Assembly (NCBI GenBank): GCA_963422395.1
Contig: OY729431.1
Coordinates: 1 to 64,000 of the forward strand
Direction of reading: 5' to 3'
DNA length: 64,000 nucleotides
Source of the DNA: Vicinamibacteria bacterium
Lineage (GTDB): Bacteria; Acidobacteriota; Vicinamibacteria; Marinacidobacterales; Marinacidobacteraceae
Shown here: in pieces, positions 10,683-21,535 of the stretch
Layout of the letters: every line of letters starts with the position of its first letter
How positions within the stretch are numbered: the first letter of the stretch is position 1
Translations under genes and position numbers: made by a program
The notes under the pieces: model-generated
What the model saw: the letters and a program-made list of their open reading frames with translations, nothing else
The model's database searches: none
Told to the model about the DNA's origin: nothing

Positions 10683-11464
10683 TCGCGCCAGCGGGGCTCG
10701 TCGCGGGCGGCGAGGGAGGCGGCGTCCCCGCCGAAGAGGAAGATCGTGAGGTGGGCCATTCCCTGGCCTCCCATGGCGAAAGCGGCAGCGATGGCGAGCC
10801 CGGGCGCCGGGCGGTCGAGGCGGAACACGGTGTAAGGCCAGGGCTCGGAAACCGTCTTCTCGACCACACCCCTGAGGCGGGGGGCGCCGGGCCGTTCGAA
10901 GTCGAGACCCCCGCCGGAGGAAAGACCGCCGCAGTCGAGGGCCCGAGACAAGGCGTCCCACGCTTCCGAGGCGGATCCTCCGACCGGGACCAGAGTCTGG
11001 ACCGCCGCGGAAGGCCGCCTTCGAAAGTGGGCGAGATAGAGCCCGAGGACAGTGAACCAGGCGGGCCAGCCCATCTCGATGTTCTCGAGCTGACCGTCCC
11101 ACGCGTCGGTTTCGGCGAACAGATGGTGCTCCACGCGCACCAGGCATCGACCGCCGGCCTGCGGCTCGATGGTCCACTCGGCGGCCAGGGCCGGCGCGTC
11201 CGGGCCGAAGGGGCTCTCGGTTGCGAAGCGCCGCGGGGGGTCGAACCGGGTCACCCTGCCGACTTCCTCCATCTTCGGAACCTCGTGATGCGGCGCCCGG
11301 CACTTCACGACGCCTCCCACCCGGCCTTCGACCTCGGTGGGGCAGAACCAGGAAGACACCCCGGGGCCGGTGGCGATAGCTTCCCAGACTTCTTCGGGGG
11401 TTCCCGGGACTTCGACTTCGACCTGGATCGAGCGCCGGCCGGACGGATCGGATGCAACGGTCAT
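10658..11464 (-). CDS. SRPBCC/AHSA1 domain protein
   Basis: EVEVPGTPEEVWEAIATGPGVSSWF...GW pattern. Confidence 0.8.
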   Translation of the reverse strand: MTVASDPSGRRSIQVEVEVPGTPEEVWEAIATGPGVSSWFCPTEVEGRVGGVVKCRAPHHEVPKMEEVGRVTRFDPPRRFATESPFGPDAPALAAEWTIEPQAGGRCLVRVEHHLFAETDAWDGQLENIEMGWPAWFTVLGLYLAHFRRRPSAAVQTLVPVGGSASEAWDALSRALDCGGLSSGGGLDFERPGAPRLRGVVEKTVSEPWPYTVFRLDRPAPGLAIAAAFAMGGQGMAHLTIFLFGGDAASLAARDEPRWREWIGRVLG

Positions 11465-11525
11465 GGTCTCCTATTCTCGCCGATTTCCAGAGCGGGGCGG
11501 ATCCTTCGGACGCCGGGACCGCGAG

Positions 11526-12485
11526 TCAAGCGAACTCCCCGGCGAATGCCTGCCGGATGGCGCGGATGTCCTCCGGGCCGGTCCGGCAGCAGCCGCCGAC
11601 GAGGCCCGCGCCGAGCCGCCGCCACTCGAGCGCGGGAGCAGCGAAGTCGAGCGCATCGGCCGGATTCCCCGTCGGGCCGGTCCACATCTTCCGGACCGCG
11701 TCCCAGGTCCCTCCGCCATTGGGATAGGCCACCACGGGCTTTCCGCTCACCGCGTAGATCTTCGGGATCAGCGAGGCGAAGTGTTTCGGGGCGGTGCAGT
11801 TGATCCCCACCGCGAAGACCCGGGAGCAGCCCGCCAGATCGGCGGCGGCCCCGGTCACCGGCGTACCGTCACACAGGCGCTCGCCGTCCCGACAGGAGAA
11901 CGAGACCCACGCCGGCGGCGCGGTTTCGAGGCGTTCGAGAAGGCGGGAGAGCACGCGCACCTCTCTGACAGAGGGGATGGTCTCCACCGCGAGCAGATCG
12001 GCCCCGGCTCCGGCGAGCACAGCGAGCCGCCGCTCGTGGAACTCCGCGAGACCGGCGTCGTCCATCCGGTAGCCGCCCCGGTATTCCGACCCGTCAGCCA
12101 GGAACGCTCCGTAAGGGCCTACGCTCGCCGCCACCAGCGGCTGGCGGCGACCAGTCCGGTTCGCCGGATCACTCCAGAACCGATCCCGTTCCTCGACCGC
12201 GAGGCGCACCGCGGAGAGGAACACGCTCTCCGACGCGCTGCCCGTGAACCCCGCCCGCGCAAGCCCGGGGAAGCTGGCCTGGTAAGTGGCGGCGATGATG
12301 CAGTCGGCCCCCGCTTCGAGGAAGCGCGCATGCACCGCGCGGACGGCCTCCGGCGCCTCGAGCAGGATCCGGGCGGACCAGAGCGGATGGTTCAGATCGA
12401 AGCCATCCGCTTCCAGTTCGGTCGCGAGCCCGCCGTCGAGAATGAGAACTTCGCCTTCGGACGAAAGACGACACACCGGAGACAC
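11526..12485 (-). CDS. mmuM: Homocysteine S-methyltransferase
   Basis: ILDGGLATELE, SVGPYGA, GINC, YPN and GGCC zinc motifs. Confidence 0.9.
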   Translation of the reverse strand: MSPVCRLSSEGEVLILDGGLATELEADGFDLNHPLWSARILLEAPEAVRAVHARFLEAGADCIIAATYQASFPGLARAGFTGSASESVFLSAVRLAVEERDRFWSDPANRTGRRQPLVAASVGPYGAFLADGSEYRGGYRMDDAGLAEFHERRLAVLAGAGADLLAVETIPSVREVRVLSRLLERLETAPPAWVSFSCRDGERLCDGTPVTGAAADLAGCSRVFAVGINCTAPKHFASLIPKIYAVSGKPVVAYPNGGGTWDAVRKMWTGPTGNPADALDFAAPALEWRRLGAGLVGGCCRTGPEDIRAIRQAFAGEFA

Positions 12486-12492
12486 TGGCCGC

Positions 12493-12690
12493 CTAGCAGC
12501 CTGACCGCTGGATGTTCTGGGTCCAGAGGTTCGCGGCGTTGGACCGACCTTGGAACAGTCGCATCGCCTCCAAGAGGGAAGTCTTGCCGACGCCGTTCGG
12601 CCCGGTCAGGAGATTCACCGGAGCGATCTCCCCGAGTTCGAGGCCGCCGATCCCGCGTATAGCAGTCGACGCGGAAAGCGGAGAGGCGAG
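12493..12690 (-). pseudogene. N-terminal fragment of an AAA_15/AAA_21-type ATPase
   Basis: Manual translation of 12666->12493 gives TAIRGIGGLELGEIAPVNLLTGPNGVGKTSLLEAMRLF...*, with Walker A. It resembles the N-terminus of the ATPase at 46136. Confidence 0.75.
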
Positions 12691-12702
12691 CAGTCGGAGA
12701 AG

Positions 12703-13824
12703 TCAGCCTCCGAAGATGTCGCGAAAGTAGCGGAGCCAGTTCCCTCCCAGGATTCGGGTGATATCCCCCTCTGAGTATCCCCGCCGGTCGAGAGCGTGCG
12801 CGACATTGCGGAACCGCTCCGGTTCGTCGAGGCCTTCGATGAAGGGAGGCCAGCGCACGCGGTAGCTGGGCTTGAAGTTGCGGAGCCGAGGCTCGTACCA
12901 GTTCTCCCGGGTGGCCCAGGATTTCAGCCCGCGAATCGCGTGATCCGTCGAGACGCCGACATGTTCGATGCCGCCGATGCGGACCGCATGGACCACATGG
13001 TCCACATAATCCTCGAGCGAGGTGTCGGGGTCGGGGCCGACGAAGTAGCCCAGGCTAGCGATGCCGGTGATGCCGCCCTTTTCCGAGATCCGCCGGATCT
13101 GTTCGTCGGTCTTGGCGCGCGGATGATTCGGATAGAGCGTTTCGCAGAAGGTGTGAGTGAACGCCGCCGGCCGGTTGGAGACTTCGATTCCGTCCAGAGA
13201 TGTCTGGCGGCCGCAGTGGGAGAGGTCCACGATGATCCCCAGCTCGTTCATCCGGCCGACGACTTCGACCCCGAAATCGGAAAGGCCGCCGTCCACGCGC
13301 TCGGTGCAGCCGCTGCCGAGGCGGTTCTGCGTGTTGTAGGTGAGCTGGATACAGCGGGCCCCGAGTTCGTACAGCGGGTCGAGGTTCTGCAGCACTCCCT
13401 CGAGCATGGTGGCGTTCTGGAACCCGAACACGACCGCCATCTTCCCCTCCGCCTTGGCCTGCTCGATGTGCGCCGCTTTCGTGGCCTGCACCAGCTTGTC
13501 CGGGTTCTCCCGGATCCGCTGCCGCCATTCGGCGAGGGCCCGCGCTGCGACCTGGAAATTCGTGCTCGGCAGGGTGCTCTGGATCCCGGTGTAGCCCGAC
13601 CGCTCGACCGCGGCGTACTCCACCTCGTCCCATTCGTGCCCGACGGCCAGCGAATCGATCACCACCGAGCGGTCGTAGAGAGCATCGATCCCTGGATTTC
13701 GAGGCGGGTTCCGACCAGAGGTCTCCTGACGGCGGCTGCCGGCGGGGATCCGGAAGCGAGACGCGAGCGACGGGCGCGCGGCGAAGGAAGCGGCCAGCAT
13801 GCCTAGAAAAATTCGTCTCTCCAT
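12703..13824 (-). CDS. Membrane dipeptidase (peptidase M19), Tat-exported
   Basis: MERRIFL twin-arginine signal, QLTYN, GLSDFG, MNELGIIVDLSH and GIEHVG. Confidence 0.85.
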   Translation of the reverse strand: MERRIFLGMLAASFAARPSLASRFRIPAGSRRQETSGRNPPRNPGIDALYDRSVVIDSLAVGHEWDEVEYAAVERSGYTGIQSTLPSTNFQVAARALAEWRQRIRENPDKLVQATKAAHIEQAKAEGKMAVVFGFQNATMLEGVLQNLDPLYELGARCIQLTYNTQNRLGSGCTERVDGGLSDFGVEVVGRMNELGIIVDLSHCGRQTSLDGIEVSNRPAAFTHTFCETLYPNHPRAKTDEQIRRISEKGGITGIASLGYFVGPDPDTSLEDYVDHVVHAVRIGGIEHVGVSTDHAIRGLKSWATRENWYEPRLRNFKPSYRVRWPPFIEGLDEPERFRNVAHALDRRGYSEGDITRILGGNWLRYFRDIFGG

Positions 13825-14017
13825 CGAGAGATCTCCTTCGTTCGGTTCAGGCCGAAGCGCGGACCTCGGCAGCGTGGCGAGCAGCTGCGGGAACGGCGCT
13901 CGCGGCGTTCGGGTAGAAGGCGGCGCCTCCTCCCGGTTGGAATCGGTGGCGCGCACGACTTCCTCCACTTCGGGTCGGAATCCGCAAAAGTAGCAGCCTT
14001 CTCGACTCCCTCCGGCA

Positions 14018-15352
14018 TCACGGTCGGAAGAGGCGCGGGCGGAGCCCGTTCTTCCGAGCCCAGAAACGCATCGCCGCCTCGCCGGAAACCCGCCAGTTGA
14101 AGATCACTGCCAGGGCGATGCCGACGGGCAGCACATAGCGAAGGTCCCAGAACAGCGTCGTCGCCAGCGTGCCGACCAGAGTGACCCGATCCCCGATCGG
14201 GGCCCTCCAAAGGATTTCGACTCGCTCGATCTCGATCATCCGTCCCGCCACCACGAGCAGCACCGCAGCGAGCGAGGTGAAAGGGATCCATTCGAGAGCC
14301 CATGAGAAGAAGAGCACGAAGACAGCGACGAACAGGGCGTGGAAAGCACCGGCGAGCGGAGAACGAGCTCCCGAGGCGAGGCAGGTCGCCGTCCGCGCCA
14401 CGCAGCCTCCCACCGGAAATCCGCCCCAGACGGCCGTTGCGATGTTCCCGAGTCCGAGGGCGGTGAACTCGCGGTTCGGACGGCTGGGCACCCCGCGCGA
14501 ACGGCTCGCCATGGAGGCGGCGAGCAGGGATTCGGTGCTCGACAGAAAGGCGATCGCAACCGCGTAGGGCGCGAGGGTCAGTGCGAGCTCGAGCGAAGGG
14601 AAGAGCGGGAGCGGCAACCGGTTGGGCAACGCACCGAAGACGCTGCCGATGGTGGCGACCGGCAATTCCAGGAATCCAGTGGTCGCCGCACCGACGGCGA
14701 GACCCATCACATAGGACGGGAGCCGGGGAAGAAATCGTCGGGTCAGCAGCACGACGAGGAGCGAAACGCATCCCACCAGGAAGGTGGTGGAGTCGAACGC
14801 ATCCAGACGGCTCCAGATTCCTTCGAGAATGAAGAGGAAGGAATGCGAGTGGTCCGCTCCGCCTGGGTCGTGGGCGTGAACGGTTCTTGCCAGCCCCAGC
14901 AAAGGAACGATCTGGCCAGTGAAGACGATGAGCCCCATCCCGGTCACGAATCCGGTGATGACCGCCTGCGGCATGGCCTCGATCAGAAGGCCGATCCTCG
15001 AGATCGCCACGACGGCGAGGAAGATTCCGGCCAGCAGCGTCGCCGAGAGCAGTCCTTGATAGCCGAAGCGTTCGATCACCATGACCGCGATCAGGATGCA
15101 TGCCTCGGTGGGACCGCCGATCTGGAAGCGGCTCGCAGTGACGAGCGCGATGACCAGCCCGCCGACGATGATGCCGACGAGGCCCTTGTCCGGGCTCGCG
15201 CCGGCGGCGATCGCCACCACCAGACCGAGCGGCAAGGCCACCACCGAAACCGTGAGGCCGGCGCCCAGGTCCGCGCCCAGGTCGGAGAACGAGTACCCGG
15301 CCGGAACGACGCGGCGCAACTCGGCCTGAAAAGCGGCGAGAAAACGAGTCAT
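14018..15352 (-). CDS. SulP/SLC26 anion permease lacking a STAS domain
   Basis: DLGAGLTVSVVALPL, QIGGPT and NREFTALGLGN. The ORF ends shortly after the last TM helix. Confidence 0.85.
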   Translation of the reverse strand: MTRFLAAFQAELRRVVPAGYSFSDLGADLGAGLTVSVVALPLGLVVAIAAGASPDKGLVGIIVGGLVIALVTASRFQIGGPTEACILIAVMVIERFGYQGLLSATLLAGIFLAVVAISRIGLLIEAMPQAVITGFVTGMGLIVFTGQIVPLLGLARTVHAHDPGGADHSHSFLFILEGIWSRLDAFDSTTFLVGCVSLLVVLLTRRFLPRLPSYVMGLAVGAATTGFLELPVATIGSVFGALPNRLPLPLFPSLELALTLAPYAVAIAFLSSTESLLAASMASRSRGVPSRPNREFTALGLGNIATAVWGGFPVGGCVARTATCLASGARSPLAGAFHALFVAVFVLFFSWALEWIPFTSLAAVLLVVAGRMIEIERVEILWRAPIGDRVTLVGTLATTLFWDLRYVLPVGIALAVIFNWRVSGEAAMRFWARKNGLRPRLFRP

Positions 15353-15479
15353 CGGGGCGAACTTCGGGCGCTTGCGCTGGGGAGGCGGTGGGCGCCGCCG
15401 GCCGAGACGATGGATGCTGGCGGCGCGCTCGACACTCTCACTCGCTGGTGGAGAGAGCGCCGACCCCTCGTCGGCCGGT

Positions 15480-16616
15480 TCAGGCGCCGCCGTCCACTGC
15501 GGATACTCCCGGGGTGCGGCGGGAGACCGCCCCTTCTTCGCCGGTCTCGTGGTAGCTGTCGCCGTAGTACTTGCTCGTGATCCGGGTATGGAAATCCTCG
15601 GCCCGAACCGGGGGGTAGCGCGGCTCCCTCTGGTTCGGCAATACCCGCAGCACTTCGTCCTCCCAGACATAGACCGCCATCGGAAAGGAGGTGCGGGGGC
15701 GCTTTCGCGCCTCGGGGTCGCGCGGCGCGCTCACCCGGTGCGTCGTGGAGGGCAGCCGATCGTTCGTGATCCGCTGCATGTAATCCCCGGTATTCAGGAT
15801 GATCGTTCCTGGGGGCGCCATGACCCGTACCCAACGCATCGTCTTGCGGTGGAGCAGTTGCAGCCCTTCCACTTCCGACGCCGGAAGAATCGTGAAGAGA
15901 TCCACATCTTCGTGGCCGAGCATCCGCGCGCCGCTCCCGGAATCGGCGGCGGGCAGCGGCGGGTAGTAGTTCAGCCGGAAACCGAAGTTCGTTCCGGCGA
16001 GCCTTTCGTCGTAGAGCGACGGCGCTTCACCCAGATAGGCGAGCACCGCACGCATGATCGGCTGAATCAGCGGCTCGTGCGCGCGCACCACTCGCCGAAA
16101 AAACGGTTCCCATCCCGCGGAAGGCCAAAAGGACGCCTCGTTCCAGCCGGCGATCCCGTCGAGGTCGAACGCCTGCCGGCAGAACACCCATCCCTCCACC
16201 AGATCGGGGTGGATCGCGGTGGTTTCCCGCATGGGAAAGTAGCCCTGGTTCACCGAGCCGCAGCGCCGGGCCCGGTAACGCAGCTTCTCGCCGAGCGGGT
16301 GGCTCTCGAAAAACGCCCGGGTTCGACGGTGCGCCTCCTCGTAGAGCGCGGGGTCCACCCCGTGGCCGGTGAGGATGGCGAACCCGGTGTCCTCCAGGGA
16401 TTCGCCCAGCGCTCCCACCAACCGCTCCCGGTCGGAGGCGCGGGGCGAGCGGAGCAGCGACAGATCACAGGGGTTCAGGTCGAATTCCTCATCGAATTCC
16501 TCGTCGGTGCCTTCGGCGAGGCGGTAGCGCTGCAGCTTCGTGACCTGCTCGAAGACCCCGAGCTCCTGGTTGAACTCGGCGGACGCCCCCCGCTGGAAAG
16601 CGGTCCGCGAGTTCAC
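15480..16616 (-). CDS. Isopenicillin N synthase-family 2OG-Fe(II) oxygenase
   Basis: GFAILTGHG, RLNYYP, HED (HxD), NTGD, THRV and RTS. Confidence 0.88.
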   Translation of the reverse strand: MNSRTAFQRGASAEFNQELGVFEQVTKLQRYRLAEGTDEEFDEEFDLNPCDLSLLRSPRASDRERLVGALGESLEDTGFAILTGHGVDPALYEEAHRRTRAFFESHPLGEKLRYRARRCGSVNQGYFPMRETTAIHPDLVEGWVFCRQAFDLDGIAGWNEASFWPSAGWEPFFRRVVRAHEPLIQPIMRAVLAYLGEAPSLYDERLAGTNFGFRLNYYPPLPAADSGSGARMLGHEDVDLFTILPASEVEGLQLLHRKTMRWVRVMAPPGTIILNTGDYMQRITNDRLPSTTHRVSAPRDPEARKRPRTSFPMAVYVWEDEVLRVLPNQREPRYPPVRAEDFHTRITSKYYGDSYHETGEEGAVSRRTPGVSAVDGGA

Positions 16617-17902
16617 GAGCCGACGGACTGCATTTCGGCGGCGACTCGCTCCGCCTCACGAAGGATGCGCAGGGTGTTCCCGCTCCAGATCTGAGCGATC
16701 TGCGGCTCGGTGTACCCCCGCCGGACGAGCTCGACCGTCACCTGCAGGGTCTCCGAGGCGTCGTCCCAGCCGTCCACCCCGCCGCCGCCGTCGAAGTCGG
16801 ACGAAATGGCCACATGGTCGAGACCCATGACCCCGACCGCGTGGTCGATGTGATCCACGAAGTCGGCCACCGTGACCGGGAAGCGGTCGCCGACCTCCGC
16901 CATCCGCGTGCGCAGCGCCGCCGCGTCTTCCTCGCTGAGCGAGCCGAATTCGGAGCGGGACGAAATCCCGAACTCCGCCAGGGCGGCCTCCATCGCCTCG
17001 ACCTTCTCCGGGGGATCGGCCTGGACGAACCCCCTCAGGGCGACCGTCTGCATCACTCCGCCGTTCGCGGCGAGCGCCCGCAGCTGCTCATCGTCCATGT
17101 TGCGCGAGACATCGGCGAGAGCCTTGGTGCTGGAGTGAGAAGCGATCACCGGAGCGGCCGAAAGCTCCGCGGCCTGCATCATCGCCTTTTTCGAGATGTG
17201 GGACACATCCACCAGGATGCCGAGGCGGTTCATCTCCGCGACCACCTCGCGGCCGAAGGCACTCAGGCCGCCGTGTTCTTCCTCGGCGTCGCCGAGATCC
17301 TCCCTCGGATTGCAGGAGTCGGCGATGTCGTTGTGGCCGTTGTGGGCCAAGGTGATGTACCGGGCCCCGAGCTCGTGGTACTTCGCGAGCAGCGCCAGGT
17401 CCTTGCCGACCACATAGCCGTTCTCGATGCCGATCAGCGCCACCAGCTTGCCCTCGGCGTGGATGCGCTCCACCTCGGCGGCGCTGTGGGCCAGCTCGAT
17501 CGTGTCCGAATGCATCGAAGTGGCGCGGTGGATCGCATCGAACTTCGTCAGCGCGCCCGCTTTTGCCGCTTCGTAGTTCTCGGGCGTCCGCTCGGTCTGG
17601 CCGTAATAGACGATGAAGAATCCGGCGTCGAGACCGCCCTCGCGCATCCGCGGGTAGTCCACCTGGAAGTCTTCGTTACGGTTTCCCGGGTCCACTTCCT
17701 CGGTGGCGTAGTCGAAGGGGATATCGATATGAGTGTCCAGAGTGAGGACCGCATCGTGGATGCGGCGGGCTTCGGCGAGGATTTCTTCCTCCGTCGGAGC
17801 AGCAGGCTCTTCCTGCGGCTCGCCGCAGCCGACGAGCACCGCGGCGAGCAGGAGGACGGGCAACGCACTGGAAAACCGAAAGGGGCAGAGTTTCAGGGAC
17901 AT
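16613..17902 (-). CDS. Membrane dipeptidase (peptidase M19), lipoprotein
   Basis: Lipobox LVGC, DTHID, GIENG, MNRLGILVDVSH, ASHS and SDFDG. Confidence 0.9.
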   Translation of the reverse strand: MSLKLCPFRFSSALPVLLLAAVLVGCGEPQEEPAAPTEEEILAEARRIHDAVLTLDTHIDIPFDYATEEVDPGNRNEDFQVDYPRMREGGLDAGFFIVYYGQTERTPENYEAAKAGALTKFDAIHRATSMHSDTIELAHSAAEVERIHAEGKLVALIGIENGYVVGKDLALLAKYHELGARYITLAHNGHNDIADSCNPREDLGDAEEEHGGLSAFGREVVAEMNRLGILVDVSHISKKAMMQAAELSAAPVIASHSSTKALADVSRNMDDEQLRALAANGGVMQTVALRGFVQADPPEKVEAMEAALAEFGISSRSEFGSLSEEDAAALRTRMAEVGDRFPVTVADFVDHIDHAVGVMGLDHVAISSDFDGGGGVDGWDDASETLQVTVELVRRGYTEPQIAQIWSGNTLRILREAERVAAEMQSVGS

Positions 17903-18237
17903 GGAACCTCCAGACTTCGCGGTCGCGAAAGAGCTGCCGCGGGAAAACGGGAAATTTGCGAACCGGCGATGGTACCAGCCGCACGAACTCCCTCCACTCC
18001 ACCCACGGGCTGCTGGCCGCGGGAATCGGCGGCGAGTGGGACGATCGCGCCCGGCAGGAGCGCCGCTTGGCAGGGGCGCTTCGGCAAGGGCGCGCATCCG
18101 ATCTGGCCGCGGGCGGTTTCGCCGAGGATTTCCGGTCGCCGCCCGATCCATTCTCCCGCCGCCGGCCGCACCGGAGGAACGACGCTCGGGAAATCGGTGC
18201 TGCTCTCGGCGGTGCCGGTCGAGGAAGTACAGCGGGC

Positions 18238-21200
18238 ATGACTCTTCCTGAATCGCGGGCATCCGGCGGACTCCGCCGCCGGCGCCCGCTTCCCGAATAT
18301 CTAGCGCTGCCGCTGGCCGCGATGCTGCTGTCCGGCTTCGCCTCCCTCGCGTACCAGATCGTCTGGGTGCGCCGCTTCTCGGTGGTTCTCGGGACCACGA
18401 ACGCCGCGGTCACGCTGGTGCTGGCGATGTTCCTCGGCGGACTGGGCCTCGGGGCAGTACTCGCCGGACGCTCGGGAAGCCGCCTGAAAGCGGTCCAACT
18501 CGCACGCCGATTCCTGCTGCTGGAACTCGGAACCGTCGGATTCGCCGTCGTGCTTCCGCTCTATCTGGACACGGCCCTCCCGCTGCTGCGGGCCGTTCCC
18601 TACCGGAGCGGTGCGCTTGTCTGGACCGGCGGTTTGGCCGCGGCTTTTCTCCTTCCCGCCGCCACCCTGATGGGAGCGACGCTGCCGACCCTGACCGCGC
18701 TCGCCCGACGCGTCCGGGACCGCGGAGAGGGGAGAACGGCCGCCTGGCTCTATGCGGCGAACACTGCCGGAGCGCTGCTGGGAAGCCTCGGGGCAGCTCG
18801 GGTGCTGCTTCCCGAATTCGGGCTCACCGGCGCCTCCCGCTGCGCGATCGGAGCGAATCTGGTGGCGGCGGCGCTGGTTTGGGTCCGCTTCGGAAGGCCG
18901 CCTTCGAGGCGGCCGCCCGCCGAGCGGGACCGCGGACCGGCCCTCGGACCGACACCGGACCCCGGGCCGGTTTCACGACGGCTGCGCTTCGGCGGGATTG
19001 CGGCTCTTTCGGGTTTCGCGGCGCTTGCCGCCGAGATCGGCTGGGGGCGTCTCGCCGCCCTGTTGTTCGGCCCGACGATCTACACCTTCGCCTGCGTCGT
19101 GGCCGCAGTGATCCTGGGCAGCGCGCTCGGCAGCGCGGCCGTCGGGCGGTTCCTCCGAGGGCGCTCGGCCCCCCATCGCTGGCTGGCCAGCATCCAGCTG
19201 GGGGGCGCCGCCGCTTCGGCGGCGGTCGCCGCGCTCGGCGACCGACTGGTCCTTCCCATCGGCAAACTCATCGCCCAGAACGCGGAAGACATCGGGCGCC
19301 TCCTCGACCTCCAGCTCCTCGGCACCACAGCGGCGCTCCTGTTGCCGAGCCTTGCCCTGGGCGCCACCTTCCCGCTGGCGGTCGCAGGCGCTTCCGGCGC
19401 CGGAGGGGAGCGGGCCGGTCGGGCCACCGGGACGATCTACGCCTGGAATGCGGGAGGGAATGCCGCCGGGGCGCTCGCAGCGGGACTGCTCGTCATCCCC
19501 TGGCTGGGGGTCGAGGCGGCGTTGCTCTCGGCGATTCTCGCCCACCTCGCCGCGGCACTCCTCGCGGCGCCTCGGGCACTCTCCCTGCTGGCCGCACTCG
19601 CGGTCGCTGCCGCCGGCGCGGCCGCCACCAGGGACTGGGACTGGGAATTGCTCTCCGGCGGGCTCTACAAGACCGCTCCCCAGATCGAAACCACCCGCCA
19701 TCGAGACTTCCTCCGCCGCGGCCGGCTGCGGTTCCTGGACCAGGGCGCGGCGGCCACCGTTTCCGTCAAGGAAGTGGCGGGAGAACTGTCGCTCTCCATC
19801 GACGGGAAGGTGGATGCGACCGACGGCGCGGACATGCTCACCCAGCGGATGCTGGCGCACCTCCCGCTCCTCCTCTCCCCCCGGCCCGAATCGGTACTGA
19901 TCGTCGGGCACGGCAGCGGGGTCACCGCCGGGGCGGCCCTCCGGCATCCGGTATCCCGGGTCACTGCCGCCGAAATCTCCCCCGAGGTCGCCCGCGCCTC
20001 GCACCTCTTCGAGGCCGCGAACGGTGCTCCGTGGCGGGACGAGCGCTTCTCGCTCCTCGAAACGGACGCCCGAAACCATCTGCTGCTCACCGACCAGACT
20101 TTCGAAGTGGTCATTTCGGAACCCTCGAACCCCTGGATGAGCGGGGTGTCTCCGCTCTTCACGGTGGAGTTCTTCGAACTCGTCCGCTCCCGACTCGCCG
20201 CGGGCGGCCTGTTCTGCCAGTGGGTCCATCTCTACAACCTCGCCGAGGACAGCCTGCGAACGCTGATCGGCGGGTTCACCGATGTCTTCCCCGAAACCGC
20301 GCTCTTCGTCCTCCACGACGGTGACGCTCTGCTGATCGGGTCGAAGGGGCGGTTCCCGGCCCTTCCGCCGGCGGAGATCGACCGGCGGATCACGCGCGTG
20401 GCCGACGCACTCGCTCCTTACGGAATCAACGGCTTTCCCGCGTTCCGCAGCTGGCTCAGCGCGACGGCTCCCGAGCTCTCGGAGTGGTCCCTCGGGGCTC
20501 CCCGGCACCGGGACGACCACCCGATCCTCGAATTCCGGGCACCCCTCACGGTCCACGCCGCCACCGCCTCGCGAAACCGCCGCACGCTGGAGCAACTCGA
20601 AGCAGAACCCGGTTTCGGCCCTTTCGGACCGGCGATCCCACCGAGAGCTGCCGCGCTGGCGGACCGCGCCGCCGGGCTTCTCCTCGCCGCAAACCCGGAC
20701 TGGGCGCTCGAACTGGCCGAAAGAGCGCTCGAACTCGACCCCGGTCAGAGCAGCGCCGCGGAAACGGTGGTGCGAGCTTCACTGGCCCACGGAAAAACCA
20801 TCGAAGGGGAAAGGATCCTCCGCCGGGCATCGGCAGCGGCCGCACCGGACGGGCCAGCCGCGACCCCGCTCCATATCTCGCTCGCGCGCCTGCTGCTTGG
20901 AGCCCGGCGGCTCGACGAGGCGGCAGCAACGCTCGAGTCCGGGCCCGAGGCGCTGGCGGCGGACCGGGAGGCGCTGCTGCTGGCGGCGGAAATCCAGGTG
21001 GAACGCGCCGCTCTGGACTCCGCCGAAGCGCTCGTGCTGACAGTGCTGCGCCGGAACCCGCGCGACGCCGAGGCCGCCGCCTGGCTATCCGAGCTCAGCC
21101 TCCGGCAGGGGAATCCAGCCCGGGCGGCGGAGCAGGCCGCCGCCATCCTCGCCGAGCGGCCGGAAACGGTTCGGGCGCTCCGCATCCGCGCGGTGGCGCT

Positions 21201-21468
21201 CGCGGAACTCGGACGGGAAGCGGCGGCGCGGGAGGCGTTCTCCGAGCTCGTGCGCCGGGCCCCGGACTCCTCGATCCACTGGGCGAACGCCGGAGCCTTC
21301 GAGCAGCGCGCCGGGCGGTTCCCCGAGGCGCTGCGCCTCTATCGGGAGGCGGTGGACCGCGACCCCTCGAATCTCACCGCCTACCGCGGCCTCCTCACCG
21401 CGGCCACCCGAGCCTCGGACGCAGAAGCGATCCGGCGGGCGCGGACGGTACTCGGTTCCCTGCGGTAG
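18238..21468 (+). CDS. Fused MFS-like membrane domain / spermidine synthase-like methyltransferase with C-terminal TPRs
   Basis: Two SG..AL.Y/EI.W.R TM repeats, VLIVGHGSGVT SAM motif, ISEPSNPW, DDHP.LEF and TPR helices. Confidence 0.85.
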   Translation: MTLPESRASGGLRRRRPLPEYLALPLAAMLLSGFASLAYQIVWVRRFSVVLGTTNAAVTLVLAMFLGGLGLGAVLAGRSGSRLKAVQLARRFLLLELGTVGFAVVLPLYLDTALPLLRAVPYRSGALVWTGGLAAAFLLPAATLMGATLPTLTALARRVRDRGEGRTAAWLYAANTAGALLGSLGAARVLLPEFGLTGASRCAIGANLVAAALVWVRFGRPPSRRPPAERDRGPALGPTPDPGPVSRRLRFGGIAALSGFAALAAEIGWGRLAALLFGPTIYTFACVVAAVILGSALGSAAVGRFLRGRSAPHRWLASIQLGGAAASAAVAALGDRLVLPIGKLIAQNAEDIGRLLDLQLLGTTAALLLPSLALGATFPLAVAGASGAGGERAGRATGTIYAWNAGGNAAGALAAGLLVIPWLGVEAALLSAILAHLAAALLAAPRALSLLAALAVAAAGAAATRDWDWELLSGGLYKTAPQIETTRHRDFLRRGRLRFLDQGAAATVSVKEVAGELSLSIDGKVDATDGADMLTQRMLAHLPLLLSPRPESVLIVGHGSGVTAGAALRHPVSRVTAAEISPEVARASHLFEAANGAPWRDERFSLLETDARNHLLLTDQTFEVVISEPSNPWMSGVSPLFTVEFFELVRSRLAAGGLFCQWVHLYNLAEDSLRTLIGGFTDVFPETALFVLHDGDALLIGSKGRFPALPPAEIDRRITRVADALAPYGINGFPAFRSWLSATAPELSEWSLGAPRHRDDHPILEFRAPLTVHAATASRNRRTLEQLEAEPGFGPFGPAIPPRAAALADRAAGLLLAANPDWALELAERALELDPGQSSAAETVVRASLAHGKTIEGERILRRASAAAAPDGPAATPLHISLARLLLGARRLDEAAATLESGPEALAADREALLLAAEIQVERAALDSAEALVLTVLRRNPRDAEAAAWLSELSLRQGNPARAAEQAAAILAERPETVRALRIRAVALAELGREAAAREAFSELVRRAPDSSIHWANAGAFEQRAGRFPEALRLYREAVDRDPSNLTAYRGLLTAATRASDAEAIRRARTVLGSLR

Positions 21469-21535
21469 CGGTCCGCGGCGAAGCGCTTCGGGTCCCGCCC
21501 GAGCCGGAAAGCGACTCGATGTCCCGGGTTCCGGA

